This document shows positions 45,577-59,479 of a DNA stretch of 64,000 nucleotides, piece by piece; the first letter of the stretch is position 1; every line of letters begins with the position of its first letter. The stretch spans positions 36,495 through 100,494 of the forward strand of contig QPMI01000083.1 in assembly GCA_004431415.1 (NCBI GenBank), given 5' to 3'. Below the pieces are notes generated by a model, which had not been told where the DNA came from, did not search any database, and worked only from the letters and a program-made list of their open reading frames with translations. This stretch comes from Cyanophora paradoxa CCMP329. Its lineage: Eukaryota; Plantae; Glaucophyta. The translations under genes were made by a program, and so were the position numbers.

Positions 45577-46345
45577 TGCCCCTCGTCTTCTCGCTCCAGC
45601 TCTCCTTACTGTCGCCGAAGCAGATGCTGAAGAGGGTGTCGGGCGCCTCGGGGTCCTCCAGGATCTTCTTGGCGGTGTTGGCGGAGATCTTCTGGAAGAA
45701 CTTGTAGGTGGCCCCGTTCTCGGTCTTCTCGAACTTGATGTTCCGCGCGTATTTATCGCGAAGATGACGCTGCAGGTCTTCGATGCGCTTCTGCTGGTCC
45801 TCGGAGGCACCACAGGCGAGGGCGAGGAAGAAGTAGACGAAGAACCCGGCCACCCAGCTCTTGATGCCGTGCAGGGCGTCGTCGAGCCGGACCTGAGGTG
45901 CGCGTTGGCGTCCGCTGAGGCGAGGTGTCGCGGGCTTCTCACCTCGACGGCAGCGACGGGCAGCATGCTGTTCGGGAGCGGCTGCAGGAGGGCGTTGGCG
46001 TCGTGCTCGGGGGTGCGCGCGGATTCTCTGTTCGCTGGCTGGAGGGAGGCCGTCCCGATCCCGCGGCCCTGCTGCGCGCACGACTTCGACCGCCGAGCAC
46101 TCGGACCTGCAGTAACGTGAGCCCCATGCCGAATCTCAGCGCGTGTGACTCGGCGAACTGACCCGCGTCGGTGGACAGAATCGCAGTGCGGGCACAGGTC
46201 GAAGCCGAGGAGGACGCGGAGGAACTTGTAGTCGCCCGTCACCAAGAATTCGACCTCGACGGGCTTGTCGTGCTCGTACCCGGGGATCAGGGTGAGCGGG
46301 TTCTCGTTCAGGTACTCGACCATGTCTGGCGGCCGGACGATGTCT
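45577..46345 (-). pseudogene. RAG1/Transib-like transposase, central part; N-terminus not found
   Basis: EFLVTGDYKFLRVLLG..LCPHCD resembles RAG1 GYDEKLVR..ICTLCD. Phase-0 intron at 45893-45942. LDDALHG resembles IDALHC; LQRHLRDK resembles LDKHLRKK; ISANTAKKIL resembles MNGNFARKLM. Confidence 0.78.
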
Positions 46346-48644
46346 GCAGCTAGAGTCACCAGCTGCAGTCTGCACCTGGCTTGAATACGACAGATTTACT
46401 AGTTATTCTGCTATCGTGCGCGCACCGTGGCACCGTGGCACCGTGGCACTCAGTGACTACCGAGAGTGGCGGGCGGGCTGGCGGGGCGGGCTGACAGGGC
46501 GGGGCGCCTGGCGGGACAGTCGGGGGCCTCCGGGACACTCTGGCAGTCCGGGGGCCTCGGGAGCCTATTTTCGCGCCATACAAGGCCTCCCCGACCCTGC
46601 AGCTGCATAGGAGGCCTTATATAGTGCTTTAAAAAGGTTCTCTAAGCTTTTTTCGATGTCTCCCAGCTCCTGGGGCGATGGGCCCAATTTGGAAGGGCCA
46701 AAAGTCAGCAGAAGACTAGCTGTAACGTAGTGTATAGGCGTATGATGAGTCATATGGTATGACGGGTTAAATGGGCCCATCGCGGGGCTTTGTGCAGGGC
46801 ACTAAATAACGCCGTGTGACGCCTCTACATCTTGAATAAAAAGTTCTAATCAAGATACGAGGCTGCCGTGCTTCAATCGCAAGCCTCGGAGTGCAGATTC
46901 CCTGGCAGATCAAAAATTGCGAACGCGATACCGGGGGTCGCCGCGCGCTCGCAGCCTTGCGAAACCTTGAGAGCGGATAAGATTGCCGCCGACAGCGAGC
47001 CCAGCTCCCCGCTCGCAGTGCAGCCGCGCGCTTAAGGCGCCGGCCAGCCACTTGGCCCCGGCTGCAGCTGCTCCGGCACGGGCGGCCTCAGCCAGCCGGC
47101 ACCATGCTATCGCAGCTTCAGCCATGAGCCTCGGAGAGGGCGGAAGTCTCCGAGGCTCGGTCCGCGATCCAGGGCAGGCGTGCGTATGTTCCAAGTTCGC
47201 GGGCGAGGGCGTGCGCCTCGCCGAATCGTTGTCGCGGCGTGCGCCTCGCCAGGTGTACTACAGTGCCACAGTGCCACGTTGTCGAAAGCGCGAGCCGCTC
47301 AGTCAGCCGAGTTTCCTCCGCTGGCCAACCGGGTACGCATACGCCCGGCCGGCCCGGCATGCCACGAGAGCGCCCGCGGCGCTTCACGCGGTCTTCCTTC
47401 ATCTCCGTGACCCGCTTCTGCGAGACGAGGTCGGTGGGGGCAGCGGCTGCTTGCCGCAGTGCATGGATTGCCAGCCCCAGGTGCGAGGCCTTGACTCATC
47501 CCGAGCTTCCCGAGCAGATTACCAGGCGCGCCGGCGTAGCTCAGCGCCGATTGGGTCTGGCACGGTCCGCCTTTGCGGCCGACCCCGGTTCCGTGCCCAA
47601 GCCGTTCCGACCTTCCCGAGCAGATTACCAGGCGCGCCGGGCGCACCTAGCTCAGTGTCGCCGAGCTTATAGGCTAGGCTTGCTCGGAGGCTCCGGATGC
47701 ACGCACAGTTAGCCAACCCAGCCGCGCCCCGCGTCCCCGCCCGGCTGTCGTGTGGGCGACGCATGCGCAAAAGGAATGTCGCGTGCCGCGATTCCCTCGG
47801 ATTAGGCTAGCCGGCAGTCTATGCGTAGCCGCTAGCCCTAGTCTAGTGCTATCGAGCAGCTAGCTCTAGCACTCTCTGTATTCTGACTTAGCGCCGGGCG
47901 CGACTCCGTTTGGGGGTACGCGATCCCTGGACGGGTACACTTGTGAATAGACCACTTGTGCTCCCAGCTACAGCCCCAGCCCGTGCGTGACCGCACGGAC
48001 GCTGCACCGGGTGGGAATCCTCTCATCCGACAGGCGCCATCTGCTCACGGAGCCAGAACCCCGATCATCAGCGACCCGTCATCAGCAACCGACCCAGCTC
48101 GGCGACCGCGGCTCAGCCGGCGCGCAGGTAGACCTCAGCAGAGGTCGTGGGTCGCTTCTCGCGCCCCGCCTGCGCCGCTCCGGGCTGATCCGCAGTTGGC
48201 GACCGAACATTCTGGAAAGAACCAGAACTTAGTCCTGCGGATCCAGGAACGCGCGCGAATACCGAGGGATCCCCGTCCCGATCGGATCGTCGCCGTTTCC
48301 TGAGCGAGCTGCGTGCGAGCCCGTGGGATCATTCCTGATCGGTCGCTAGTCACTCGCCGCGACGCCAGCCTTCTCCGGCTGTTGCGATCGTGCTGGACAA
48401 GACGAAGAGCGATCGGATCGACGGCTGAGGCGTGCGCGCCCGAGCTGTCTCCGGAATCGCCGCAGCCGAGCTAGTGAGCTTGCTCGCCGCTGCTGTGGAC
48501 CACGACGGCCTCGGATCTCGAGCGAGGCACATTCTCTCACGGAAAAGCGTGGCATTACGTCGCCGCTTGACCTGAGAATGTCCTCGGGACCGGAGCCTCC
48601 GCGAGTTCGTCGTCCGGGCCGCGCACGCGCGTGGCGCCGCCGAC

Positions 48645-50300
48645 ATGGACTCTATGAGCGGATCAAATGTTTTGCAATGGATCCAGAGCCTGCCGAAGCT
48701 GCCGCCGGGCAGCGATCAGCGCACGGTTCAGGACCACCTCCGCCAGTTCGAGAGCTGCGCGAGCATGAGCAAGGACTTGCTCAGTGTCTCGCCGACTGCA
48801 CACATTGAAGTGCAGAAGCGAACTGGGTGGGCTCTTCTCGGCACGCTAGATCACGGGCACCCCGTGCGCCAGAACATCTCGCTGTTCCAGAGCGCCGAGC
48901 AGATCGACACTCGCGAGCTCGAGAAGCTAAAGGCGTACCGGGCCGAGCGTGCGCGCACGAGCACGGCGGACCCGCGAGACGTCGCGATCCTCGAGACGCT
49001 CGACGAGAAGATCGCGCAAGCCGAGGAGGGCTTGCAGCGGACCGCCCTCACGGTCACGTACACCGCGATCAGGCGCCGTCTCGAAGATGACGCCGAGATG
49101 CGGAACCCTGACCGGTACAAGGCGCTCCTCGACCTGCCGCACGTGGCGAGGCGCCGGAGGCGTTCTATCGCCGCGTCCTCGACTTGAGCATCATCCCGGA
49201 GTGCCGCGAGGCGCACGAGACACCGCTTATGGCACTCATGCGCCACGCGGGCCAGATGCTCAAGCGCCGCACTCGCAATCAGTGCCGCGACTTCGAAGAC
49301 TCCGAGATTTCGGACACCGATCGCCGCACATGATGACGAACTTCTCCACGGCTCGGAAGATCTATGACGAGCTGTCGCAGAAGATCGCGGACCGCGAGAT
49401 CACGGGACCTCTGCGGTCATCGACCTGGTAACCAAGCGCACCAATGAACTGGGCGCCTGGGACGTCGATATCTCCAAAGTCCCCGCTCGCCCTAGTGCTG
49501 GGCTCGCGCGGGACGCCGCTGCAGGCGCCCACGGCTGCCTCGCGCACGCCGCAGAGCGCGCCGCCGATCACGCACACGCCAGCTGTCCCGTCGTCCCCTC
49601 GCGCTCGAACGCGGGCGCCGGCGCGGGCACGCGCATCATGCTCGCGACGACGGTGTCGGAAGCCGAGATCGCAGAGCTTGAGGCAAACGCGTACGGGTGG
49701 GACGCGGACGACGCCGAGGATCAGAACGCCGAGGTCATCTCGTTCCTGCAGCTCATTGCTCGGGACGAGCCCCTCGTCGTAGTCCGCGCGCTCTACCCGT
49801 CGGCGTCCGCACCGCCGCCCCGCCTTGACGACCCGGTCTATCAGCAGAAGATCAAAGACTTCCTGAAGGCCCGGGGTCTCCCCGAGAAGCCCGGCGGCCG
49901 TGCCACTGCGGCGAGTCGCACTACTCGTTTGAGTGCCGGACCAACCCGCGGCCTCTGCCCGAGTGGTCGGCAATCAACCCGGCCAAGCGCCGCGGGCCAA
50001 CGGGCGCAGGCACCGGTGACCCGAAGCGCCGGTTCTACCCCGCGCCGCAGGGTGGGAACGGCCGCTCGAGCCCCCCGCCCCAGCAAGCTGCAGGCCCCGG
50101 GCGTGCTACAACTGCGGCAAAACCGGCCACCTGGCCGCGTCCTGCCCGGCCCAGGCGCAGACGCTCGAGGCCGCGGTCCGCCGCGCGCTTGCAGAACACG
50201 CCGCCGCCGCTGCAGCCCCGCCCGTGCCGCCCGCGACGCCGGCGCCCTGGGCTGACCCCAACGCCTTCACGATCGCGCGCGCCATGCTCGAGCAGGCTGC
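48645..50300 (+). pseudogene. Gag-like region with a CCHC zinc knuckle (frameshifted)
   Basis: CYNCGKTGHLAASC encoded at 50104-50145; upstream helical ORF pieces from the ATG at 48645. Confidence 0.72.
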
Positions 50301-53300
50301 CCGAAGCGGCGCCGCCGGCCCGTCCGCGACTGCACTGCTTCCCGCGCCGACCGGCGGCCACGGGTCGGGGCCCACGGCGGCCCCGGCGCCCGCCGAGCTT
50401 GGCAAGGAAAAGCACGTGTACCGTGTGCGCATCGTGCGCAGCGACGAGGCGTTGGTCGACGATACCTTCCGAGCCTTCACCGCAGCGGCCGCGGCGCACG
50501 CCGCCGCGCTGCAGGACCCCGGGACGGCCCCGCTCTCAACGCGGTCGCCGCAGCCGCCACCGCTTTCGCGATCGCAGTAGTGCAGCTGTCCGGGGAAAGC
50601 CGCCCAGACCTGTGCCCCACGGGAGCCGAGAGGCCGGCCCCCTGCGAGGCGCAGGACCTGTTGCCGACCGCCCGGAGTCGGGCCTGGACGAGGGGGAGAA
50701 GAAGGTCGCGTTCGACGCAGTGGACGCCGCCCTCGAGGAAATCGCACTCCTCTTGGCGGCCGCCCGGACCCAACGGAGGTCGAGGGCGCTGACGCAGCAG
50801 CGAAGGGTCCCGCGCCGACGCCCGTGCCGACTTCTTTCCCCGCCGAGCTCGCCGCCGGCATCGTGGACGCCGCCCTTGAGGAGGTCGCACTCCTCTTGGC
50901 GGCCGCCCCGGACCCAACGGAGGTCGAGGGCGCTGACGCAGAAGCGAAGGGTCCCGAGCCCGCGACGGAGCTCGCTCCACCAAGTCGGTCCCCGAGACCG
51001 CCGCCGCCGAGGCTCCGGCGGACCCCGCCGCCGGCGTGGGCTGCTGCCTGGGGTACTCCTCGGGGCCGAGACGGTAGCGAGCCTCGAGGTGACCGACGAC
51101 GGCGCCTCCCTCGCCGACGAGGACGCGACCGTAGCGTCTAAGGAGACCCTGCGCCTCAACCGCGCTCGCCTCCTCAGCGCTAGCCCCGGCCTAGACCTCA
51201 CTCACTTCGGAGCCGTTGAGTTAGAGCCGGTGAAGGGCCGCGAGCACGAGCTGGGGCCCGTTCCTCTCTGGAACGTGGACGCGCACAAGCTGAAGGGCGC
51301 CGCGTCGGTCCCGCTCGACGCGCGGCGTTCCTGTACCCAGCGCCGTGCGAGACTCACTGCGGCTGCACTGTGAGCGAGGGCTGATCGAGGTCCGGGACGA
51401 GCAGTGGTATGCCACTGCGTTCCGCTGCCCGGCCCGCACCCGCCAGACGCTCTCCTTCTTGCTTGCGGCGTTCTCTCAGCCGCTCGCCACCGAGAGCACG
51501 TACCTCGGCTCGCGGACCCTCCCACTGCGTTCCTGCAGATGCTGGGCATGACCCGCTGTCCCAGGACACGCTGGCTCACGCCTGGCCGACGCACTATTAT
51601 GAAATCATGAGCCTCACGCACCAGGCCTCTCGCGTCGCCGCGAAGTGGGCCGGGGGCCACGCGTGGCCGCACGCCGAGGGCCTCACGCCCGAGGGTCGCC
51701 CCGCAGTCGAGCCCGACGCCCACAAGCTTACGAAGCTTGGGACGAGTGCGTCGCTACCGCCGGCTGGCTGGAGCCATACCGCCGCCACTGGAGCATTGGC
51801 CAGCACTCGCCCGTGGCGGCCTCTCTCGAGCCGCACGAGATGACAGTGTCGGGCCGCCGCCAGCTAATCGAGCTGAGCGAGCTGTTGCCGGCACAGGACC
51901 GCCTCCGCCTTGCGTGCGCCTCGACTGTTGCGGGCTATTTCCTGCACCGCGTCGACTACGGTGCCCCGGGCACCGCCGGCGCCGTCGAGAAGATCCTCGG
52001 CCGCTTCTTTAAGTTCGCCGAGCCGCTCATGGTGGACGCGCGGGTCGACGCCTATGGCTTCGCCCTGCTGGCCCTCGAGCACGCGATCCAGTGGAAGACC
52101 GTGGCTTGCATCGGCGGCCGCGCCGGTCCCCACGACGCCCACAAGAGCGCCGTTGCCTGGCCGACGGGAACCCTCTTGTCCCCTCGGACTCGGAGTTCAC
52201 GGAAGCCGTTCACTCGCTTGCCGTCCTGGCTGCCTCCGTTGAGGTTCCGATCCCGGGGCGGGCACGTCTCCGCTCGGATCGGGACGCCGAGGGATGGCTG
52301 CGGGCAGCGCTCGCGGAGCGTCTGACTGCGTACCGCGACGGCCGTGCCCCCGCCTTCCCGGTCGTGAGCGAGGGCGAGTCCCGCACGGTTGAACGCGTTC
52401 CGGTGGAGCCCCGCGTCGCCGCCGCCCGCGTTCTGCACCTCCGGACCTGCACTTGTGCGACACCTGGCTGCACTGGCCGCGCCTGCACGGGGCAGAGCCT
52501 GGCACGTGGAGGGTCGGCCGCGTGCGCCCGATCACGCGCACCACGCAGTTGCCCCTGCACGGCACGACGCGAGGCGGGCAGCTGCCCACGATCGTGCCTG
52601 AGGAGCTCTACGTGCTGAGCCAGCTCGGCCCGCGCCCGCCGCTCACCGCCCTGTGCGATGCAGCCTGGGCCCGCACGGTTCCCGGATCCGCCGGGCCGCG
52701 GAGCTGCTCCGGTACATCGAGGGGCCAAGGCGGGCGACCGGGCCACCTCGTCATTCTATTCCGTAGGCTGCTGAAGAAGCGGGCCGGTTTCAATGACGAG
52801 GCTGTCAAGGACATGATCGCGCTCGTGGAGAAGTGGCGCACGGATGCGGGCAGCCGCACCCCCACTCCTCTCCACGACCTGCCCACCACGCCGAAGCCGG
52901 CGTCGGACACGACGGGCGCCTACACGGCGAAGGCCGTCAGCGCGACGATCAAGGAGGCTAAGGCCTGCCTGCCGCCGCGCCCGCCTGTGAAGGCGCTCTC
53001 GCCGAGGGACCCGCCAGCGCCGGCGCGGCCGGCGCCCGTTCCTGTCCCGCCGCCTGCACCGACGGCGAAGCTCGTGACCTTGCACGCCGCGGCAACATGG
53101 CCGCCGCTTGCGAGCCCGATGGCGCCGCGGCCCACCGCCGCTCCGACGCCGCCCGCCACTGAGCCGCGCCTGTCGAGCCTCGCCTGAGCGAGCCGCTACT
53201 CGACGTCGCGCGCGCGACCGCGCCGGCTCCCCGGCAGGCCGCCCGTCGCGGCGAGCGTGGCCGCGGGGACGGGTCGTGCGCGTCAGCACCCGTGGGCGCG

Positions 53301-56300
53301 GCTCGCAGGGGCCACGAACCCGCAGCGCCCGCCGTGGGCAGGCTGAGGGGAAGACGCCGAGATGGGCGAGCGGGGCGACGGCGATGAGGCGCCCGAGAAG
53401 CGCCGCCGCCGCCGCCGCCGTCGGCTATCGATGAGAACCTGAGCCAGCGGGCCCTGTACGAGGCTATGGGCGTGATGAGCGGCGTCCTCGCAGTGCCGGG
53501 GTGCCCGCCTCGGCTCTGTGAGGGGAAACAGATCACCGAGTGGCCCATGACGGCCCGGTCTGATCTCGCCCACCGCTGGAGCATCCCTTCGACGCACTGA
53601 AGGGCACGTTCGAGGACCTGCGGGTCCCGCACCTCAAGGCGTTTCTCGCCAGCGAGAGGAGCACGCCAATCCAGAACCGCCTGGATGGGCCGCCCGTGCC
53701 GCACGAGGAGCCGCCGGAGGGCCGCGTCGCGCTCAGAGCCGATCGCACCGTTCGCCTCGCGCGGCTCAACGCGGCCGCGTTCGAGCTCTTCATGATCGCG
53801 CTGGGGCTCCGTGGCCCCGTCACGCCCCACTCCCACGATCTCCCGTTCCACCTGCATGAGTGGACGGAGCAGCAGTTGGAGCACTTCCTGACTCTGCGTT
53901 GGACGATCCCTGCCACGCGCCTGCCGCGGTGGACGCACGGGGGCCGCTTCAACCCGAGCGCGGCCGTCATCCCGCCGCAGTGGGCCAGTACCTCTTGCGT
54001 GCTCACACCATGTTCCGCGCCGAGGCGGTTGGGACCACCGTTCCCTCCGCGGAACGCGCCGGCCTGGAGTTCCCGTACGGGGTTCGCTGGCTGCGCCGCC
54101 ACCTGCAGCTAGGGACGCGCGCGCAGGAGGAAGCCGCCGAGAGCGACCCGCACAGGGGCTTGGCCCTGACCGCCCAGCGCGCGGCCTTCCAGGAGAAGGT
54201 CTTGCATGCCCTCGAGCGTCACGCTGCACGGCAGTCGTTCACGTTCGACGATGCGCTTGTGGGCACCTACATCGCCGATGAGCCTGAGCCCCGCCTCGAG
54301 CCGCTCGACATTGACCATGTCGAGAGCGAAGAGGAAGAGGGCGAGAAGGAAGAGGCGCCGGCTGCCATCCCTGCGGCGGCGCACAGGCCGTTCGAGCCGC
54401 ACAAGGACTGGCAGCCGCGGCCGCTGTTCTCGTTGGCGGACCCGACGTACGCCAACGATCACAAGCTCTTGCGCGAGTACATGGACCGGAAACACGCGTT
54501 TTTCCGGCCCTGGAATGCTATGAGCCAGGGTTCACTGAATGGGCAACGCTGCCCGCGATCAGCTACCCCTTGCGCTGGCAGCACGCCGGCGACGTTGACG
54601 AGTACAACGTCGACGTGCTCACGCTGCAGGACCAGCACATGGGCGAGCTGTGCTCAACTATGCTCAAGCGCGTCGGCCCGCCGCGCGCGGCATAGTGAAC
54701 TGGTTCTCGCTCGTAGGCCCGCCTCAGCGGCCGTTCGACGAGGATCCGGAGCTCTTCGACCTGCAGGGGCTTGCATTCCCGCACGCCGCCTGCGGCGTCA
54801 GCTTGGATATCGTGCAGTACCTCGCGGTCGGGACCCGTACCGCACAGTCTGCCGTCCGACGTACACGGGCGCCTGGGATCTCACGCACGAGGGCACAGCC
54901 ACGCACCCGTGTGTTCGACCCTGGGCCAGGTCTCGCGGGTGCTGTATACCGCCTTCTTCCACGAGGCGGCGGCGCGCGGAACGCCCCGCCGCCGTACATG
55001 CCGCACCCCGAGCGCCCCACCCTGCACACCTCAGTCTTGGCGGTAACATCGCCGACCCGAACGAGGAGGACGCCAGGACGCCGTTCGCGACCCGCTTCGC
55101 GCGCGACGTCGCCGTGCTGGCCCTGCTGCGCCCGCTCGCCGACAAGCGCGTCGAGAACGTTGAGGGTCGCCTGCAGACGCGGCGCATCTACGCGCCCCGC
55201 CTCGTGGCAGGCACGGCCACGCCCGCGCCGAACGCTGCCTGCGACAAGGACGTCGCAGGGGGCGCGCCGCACCAGCGCGAGAACAAGAAGCTGTGGCTCG
55301 CAGTGACGGTCGCCCAGCTTGCGAGCCAGCCCAAGAAGAGCCACGCGAACCCGCGGCTCGTCACCGCGTTCGGTTACGAGCTGCCGCCTTTCCCGAACTC
55401 ACCTCCGGGACGTGCCTGGGCGCCGATCCGGCGGAAGAGGAAATCCTCGCGACGGCCATCGGTTTTACGCTGGCCTGGCACGCGCGCTTCTTCCAGCGTC
55501 ACGCGCCGGGCAAGCACCTCCGCAGCCAGCACTGGGCTGATGACTTTCTGTCGGCTGCGGCCATGGACGTCGAGTCGGAACGCCCGGCTGACTACGTCCC
55601 CGAGATCGCTCGGGCGGTCGCCGATCACATGGATGACTTCAACAAGGTGTTGAACTCGTTCCGCTGCGTGGTGCCGGACGGTCTGATGGTGTTCATTCAC
55701 GAGCCTTCCTGACTAAGCCGACGGCCAAGCCGGACCGCGGGTCCGACGTCTTGCCTCAGGGCAAGAAGGTCTTCGACGCGGACGCGAGGCCGACGTACCC
55801 GGACGGTCATCCCACGCTTGCGTGGAAGTTTGCCCGAACAATGCGGTCGTGCCGGACCACGAGGGTCGTGCGGCGATCTGTGGGCGGATCCTGCTCGCGA
55901 TGCTGCAGGGCTTCCAGTATCCCCGCATCCCGCTGCTCGCGCAGCGGGTGGACAACTGTGCGCCCTGAACGCCGCCATGCCCCAGAACGTGGCCGAGGTC
56001 TTCAGGGCCCTCTTGCGCACTATGACGAGGGATGAGTGCGCCGACTCGGATGCCCGCGCGCTGGCGGACGGCATCCGCGCGTACCTCACAAACATGCGCA
56101 CGGTTCGGGTACCAGCGTCTTGAGCTCGGCTCGCCCCCGATGGCCGGCGCGAGGACGCGTGCCGCCGGCGATGACCTTGGCGCCGGGGGCAAGAGTGGGA
56201 TACAGCGCCACCTTGAGGCCGCCCGCGCCGCCGAGGAGCTGGAGAACTGTCCGGGAACTTCCCGCTGGGGCTCATCTTACCGATGAGGCTATACCCCTGC

Positions 56301-59300
56301 GGCCTCAGTTCGAGACGATGCTCCGTTCGCTCTACGCCGATCTGAATGTCGCGATCCGCCTCGCGCGCCCGATCGACTGGGAGACGGACGACCCCGTGCT
56401 CCCCGACTGGGACGTTGAGGCTCTGCGCCCGGCGCTGATGTGGGACGCGGTCCAGAACAAGGGCGCCGCGCCTCGGCCGGCGCAGCCTGACTGCGACGGC
56501 GGCTGTCGATAAGGAGGCCGAAAGCCTTCTGGTTCGCACGCCGTACCAGCCGATCTACGAAGGAGCGGTCCGCGCGACGTGGCGGGCGTGCGGTTCCAGC
56601 CGCCCTCAACCATCGTCGGCGGGCTCGCGGACGACCCCGCCGAGGCGGCGCATCCGCCACCCCGTCGGCGCCCGCGCCGGCGCAGGCCGCTGCGCAGACC
56701 GCCGCGCCGCCGACGGCGCCGCAGCAGGCGCGGCCCCGGCGCAACGCGGGCCAGGCCGTTGGCCGAGGCGGCCGCGGGCAGGGTCACCAGCGGGGCGGCC
56801 GGCACCGCGGTCGCGACGGCCGAGGCCACCGTGACCGTGGCGGCGACGCCGGCGGTGGCAGGCGCACCCGCACAACCCGCTGTCGACCCGAACGACCCGT
56901 TCGGGCTGGATGCGTTCTCGCGCGGCAGCAGGGTATGACCCAAGACCATGCGCGTAACCGTCTCGGACGGGAAGGTGAAGGTCGAGCGGATCGCGAGAGC
57001 GCTCGCCAGACCAAGCCCCGCCGGCTGAGACTCCCTCCCGGACCTTGATGCCGCCGCCCAGCTCGAGCCGCCAGGCCGAGGCAAGCTCGAGCCGCAGGGA
57101 CGACACGGCAGTCGCGCGTCGCAGGCCGCCGACCCCTGAGCGGCCTCGTCTCAGCGCCGCTCGCGCACACCGAGCCGCGCCGAGCCCCGTCCAGTCGCCG
57201 CTCTCGCACCCCAGACAGGCGCGAGACGCGGGGCCCTCACGCGCCGCGAGCGCTCCCCGGAGCCCACCGGCAATCCGGCGCCGCCGCCGTCCCGCCGTTC
57301 GTTGGAACGCCGCGATCGCGAGGGCTCCCGACGCCCTTCGCCGGACCGCCGGGACCGCGAGGCCTCCCGCCGCGCTCCCGGACCGCCGTGATCGCTCGCC
57401 GCCGCGCCGCGACCGCAGCCCGCCGAGCCGACGGTCACGGCTCGCGACACTCGCGACAGGCGGAGCCCTCGCCGAGGCTCGCGGAACGCCGCCGGAGCCG
57501 AAACACCGTCCCGCTCTAGCTCCCGCTCGCGCTCGCGCGATCGGAGCCCGAGCCGGAGCCCCCGCCATGACGATAAGCGGCGCAAAAGCTCGAAGAAGGC
57601 TCGCGCGACCGCGCCTCGCCGCGAGACCGCCGCAGCCCTGCAGCAGCCAGTCCTCTCGCCGCCGCCGACCCGCCGCGCGGCGCCGTAGACGCTGCGTACA
57701 AGCGGCACGAGAACGACGCCCGCCTGCGAGGCTGCCCGCCCACATTGCGCGAGCTCTCGACATGGTCTGGAAGGCGCAGTACGCTGAGATGCCAGACTCG
57801 CTCTCGGCGTCCGCGCGAGCTGAGCAGGCCACCGCGCTGGTCCTGAATCAAAGCTCCAGAACCAGATGGACGCTCAGTCCGCGTCGTCCTCGGCCCGCGC
57901 GCCGCGCCACCATCGGTGGGCAGCCGCGACGGGCGGACGCAACGAGCGCCAGCAGCCCTTTCTAGAGGGGCCTGAGGGGCAGAGCGAGGCCGGTCCGCAG
58001 TCGGCGGCGCCGTCCAAGCCTGCGGAGGTCGCGCCTCCATCTCTCAGCCCAGGAGCGGTCATCGCGTGCGAGCCAGGCCGAGCCGCCGCGCGCAGACCAG
58101 TCGACGCCGGAGCAGCCGCGCGCCTCAGTGGCCGGCGCGCGCCTCCGCCGCCACGACTTTCAACCCCAGGCTGACGTCCCAGCAGGGGCCTCCTGCAGTT
58201 TGTGCGCGAGTGCTCGAGCTGCCGCGACGTGAAGATCGGGGCCAGGGGTCACGGAATTGGGGCTTTGGCTTCAAACAGTCGAGCGCCAGATCCGCACCGC
58301 CGCTAGCCACGCCGAGACGCGCGCCAAGCCCGGCGGCGCTCAGAAGGTCTCAGACGAAGCCTTCGCCCAGGCAAAGCAGGCGCTCGGCGGCCCTGGAAGA
58401 CGTCTGCCGCGCCCTCCGGGCGGCATCGATATGCAGATCAGCCTCTCCGCTGGGGAGACGGGCAGATGATCTCGCTCCTCCCAGACGGGCCCGTGCCGAT
58501 CTCGAGGCTCTGCGGGCCACGCTCGATCGCACCAAAGACTGGCGAGCCTTGCTTGAGCGCGAGCGCCAGCACGAGGCTCGCGTGGCAATGCAGGCCGCGG
58601 CAAAAGCCAACCCAAAGCCCTTCTTCGCGGTATACACCGTCGCAGAAGCGTCGTCACCCGCGGGCACGAGGCCCGCGCGCCCTGTGACCTTCCGCCCACT
58701 TGCATACGCCGGCGTCGGTCCGGGCCGCTGTGCCGGTGCCGCGGACGAGAAGTACATCTCGATCCGCCGCGTCCAGACGGTCGTCCACGAGCCGCTCGCT
58801 CAAACAGTCGCGGCCGCCGGCGCCAGCCGCGCCGCCCGCCCCGGCCCACCAAAGAGCCGCAGCTGCGCCGGCCTGGGCCCGCCGCTGCTGCACAAGCTCG
58901 GGCCGCGCTCGACCGTGCTGGTCTCAACTGGCTGTCGAACCCCGCGCAAATGCTGCAGGTCGATCAAAGACCTGAGCCGCCTTACGCGCGGTGCATCAGG
59001 CGTCATGGACCGCTACGGCATCGATGCGCAAAACGGGCTACAAGGCCCGCACGGCCGACTCGCGCGTGGTTCTCGGGTTCAGCGCCGACAGCGGTTCGCC
59101 CGCAGAACGCGCTCGAGGCCGCCGATCATTACCCGAGGGCCTGACTCCGACAGGAAGCTCTCATGCCCGCGGGCCACGCCTGGGTCCAAAAACCGCCCGT
59201 CCTCGCTGCCCCGCCCGCAGAGGAGACGCGCTGGGAACGCGCGCCGGCTATGACCGCCAGCGACGAGTTGCTCTACGCAACCGCCACGGCCGGGCCGCGC

Positions 59301-59479
59301 AAGCGGACAAGCCTCGCCGTTGGCGACCAGGCAAGCAGCGCCGAGTCGCCGAGCGAGCCGCGGCTCGCAGTCCCGGCCCCCATCCCAACCGCAAGCGCAA
59401 CGGACCTGTCGGGTTCACCCGCGCCGCCGAACCAGAATTCCACGTCCGCCGCGCCCGACCTAGCTTCCGCGCGACGGGC

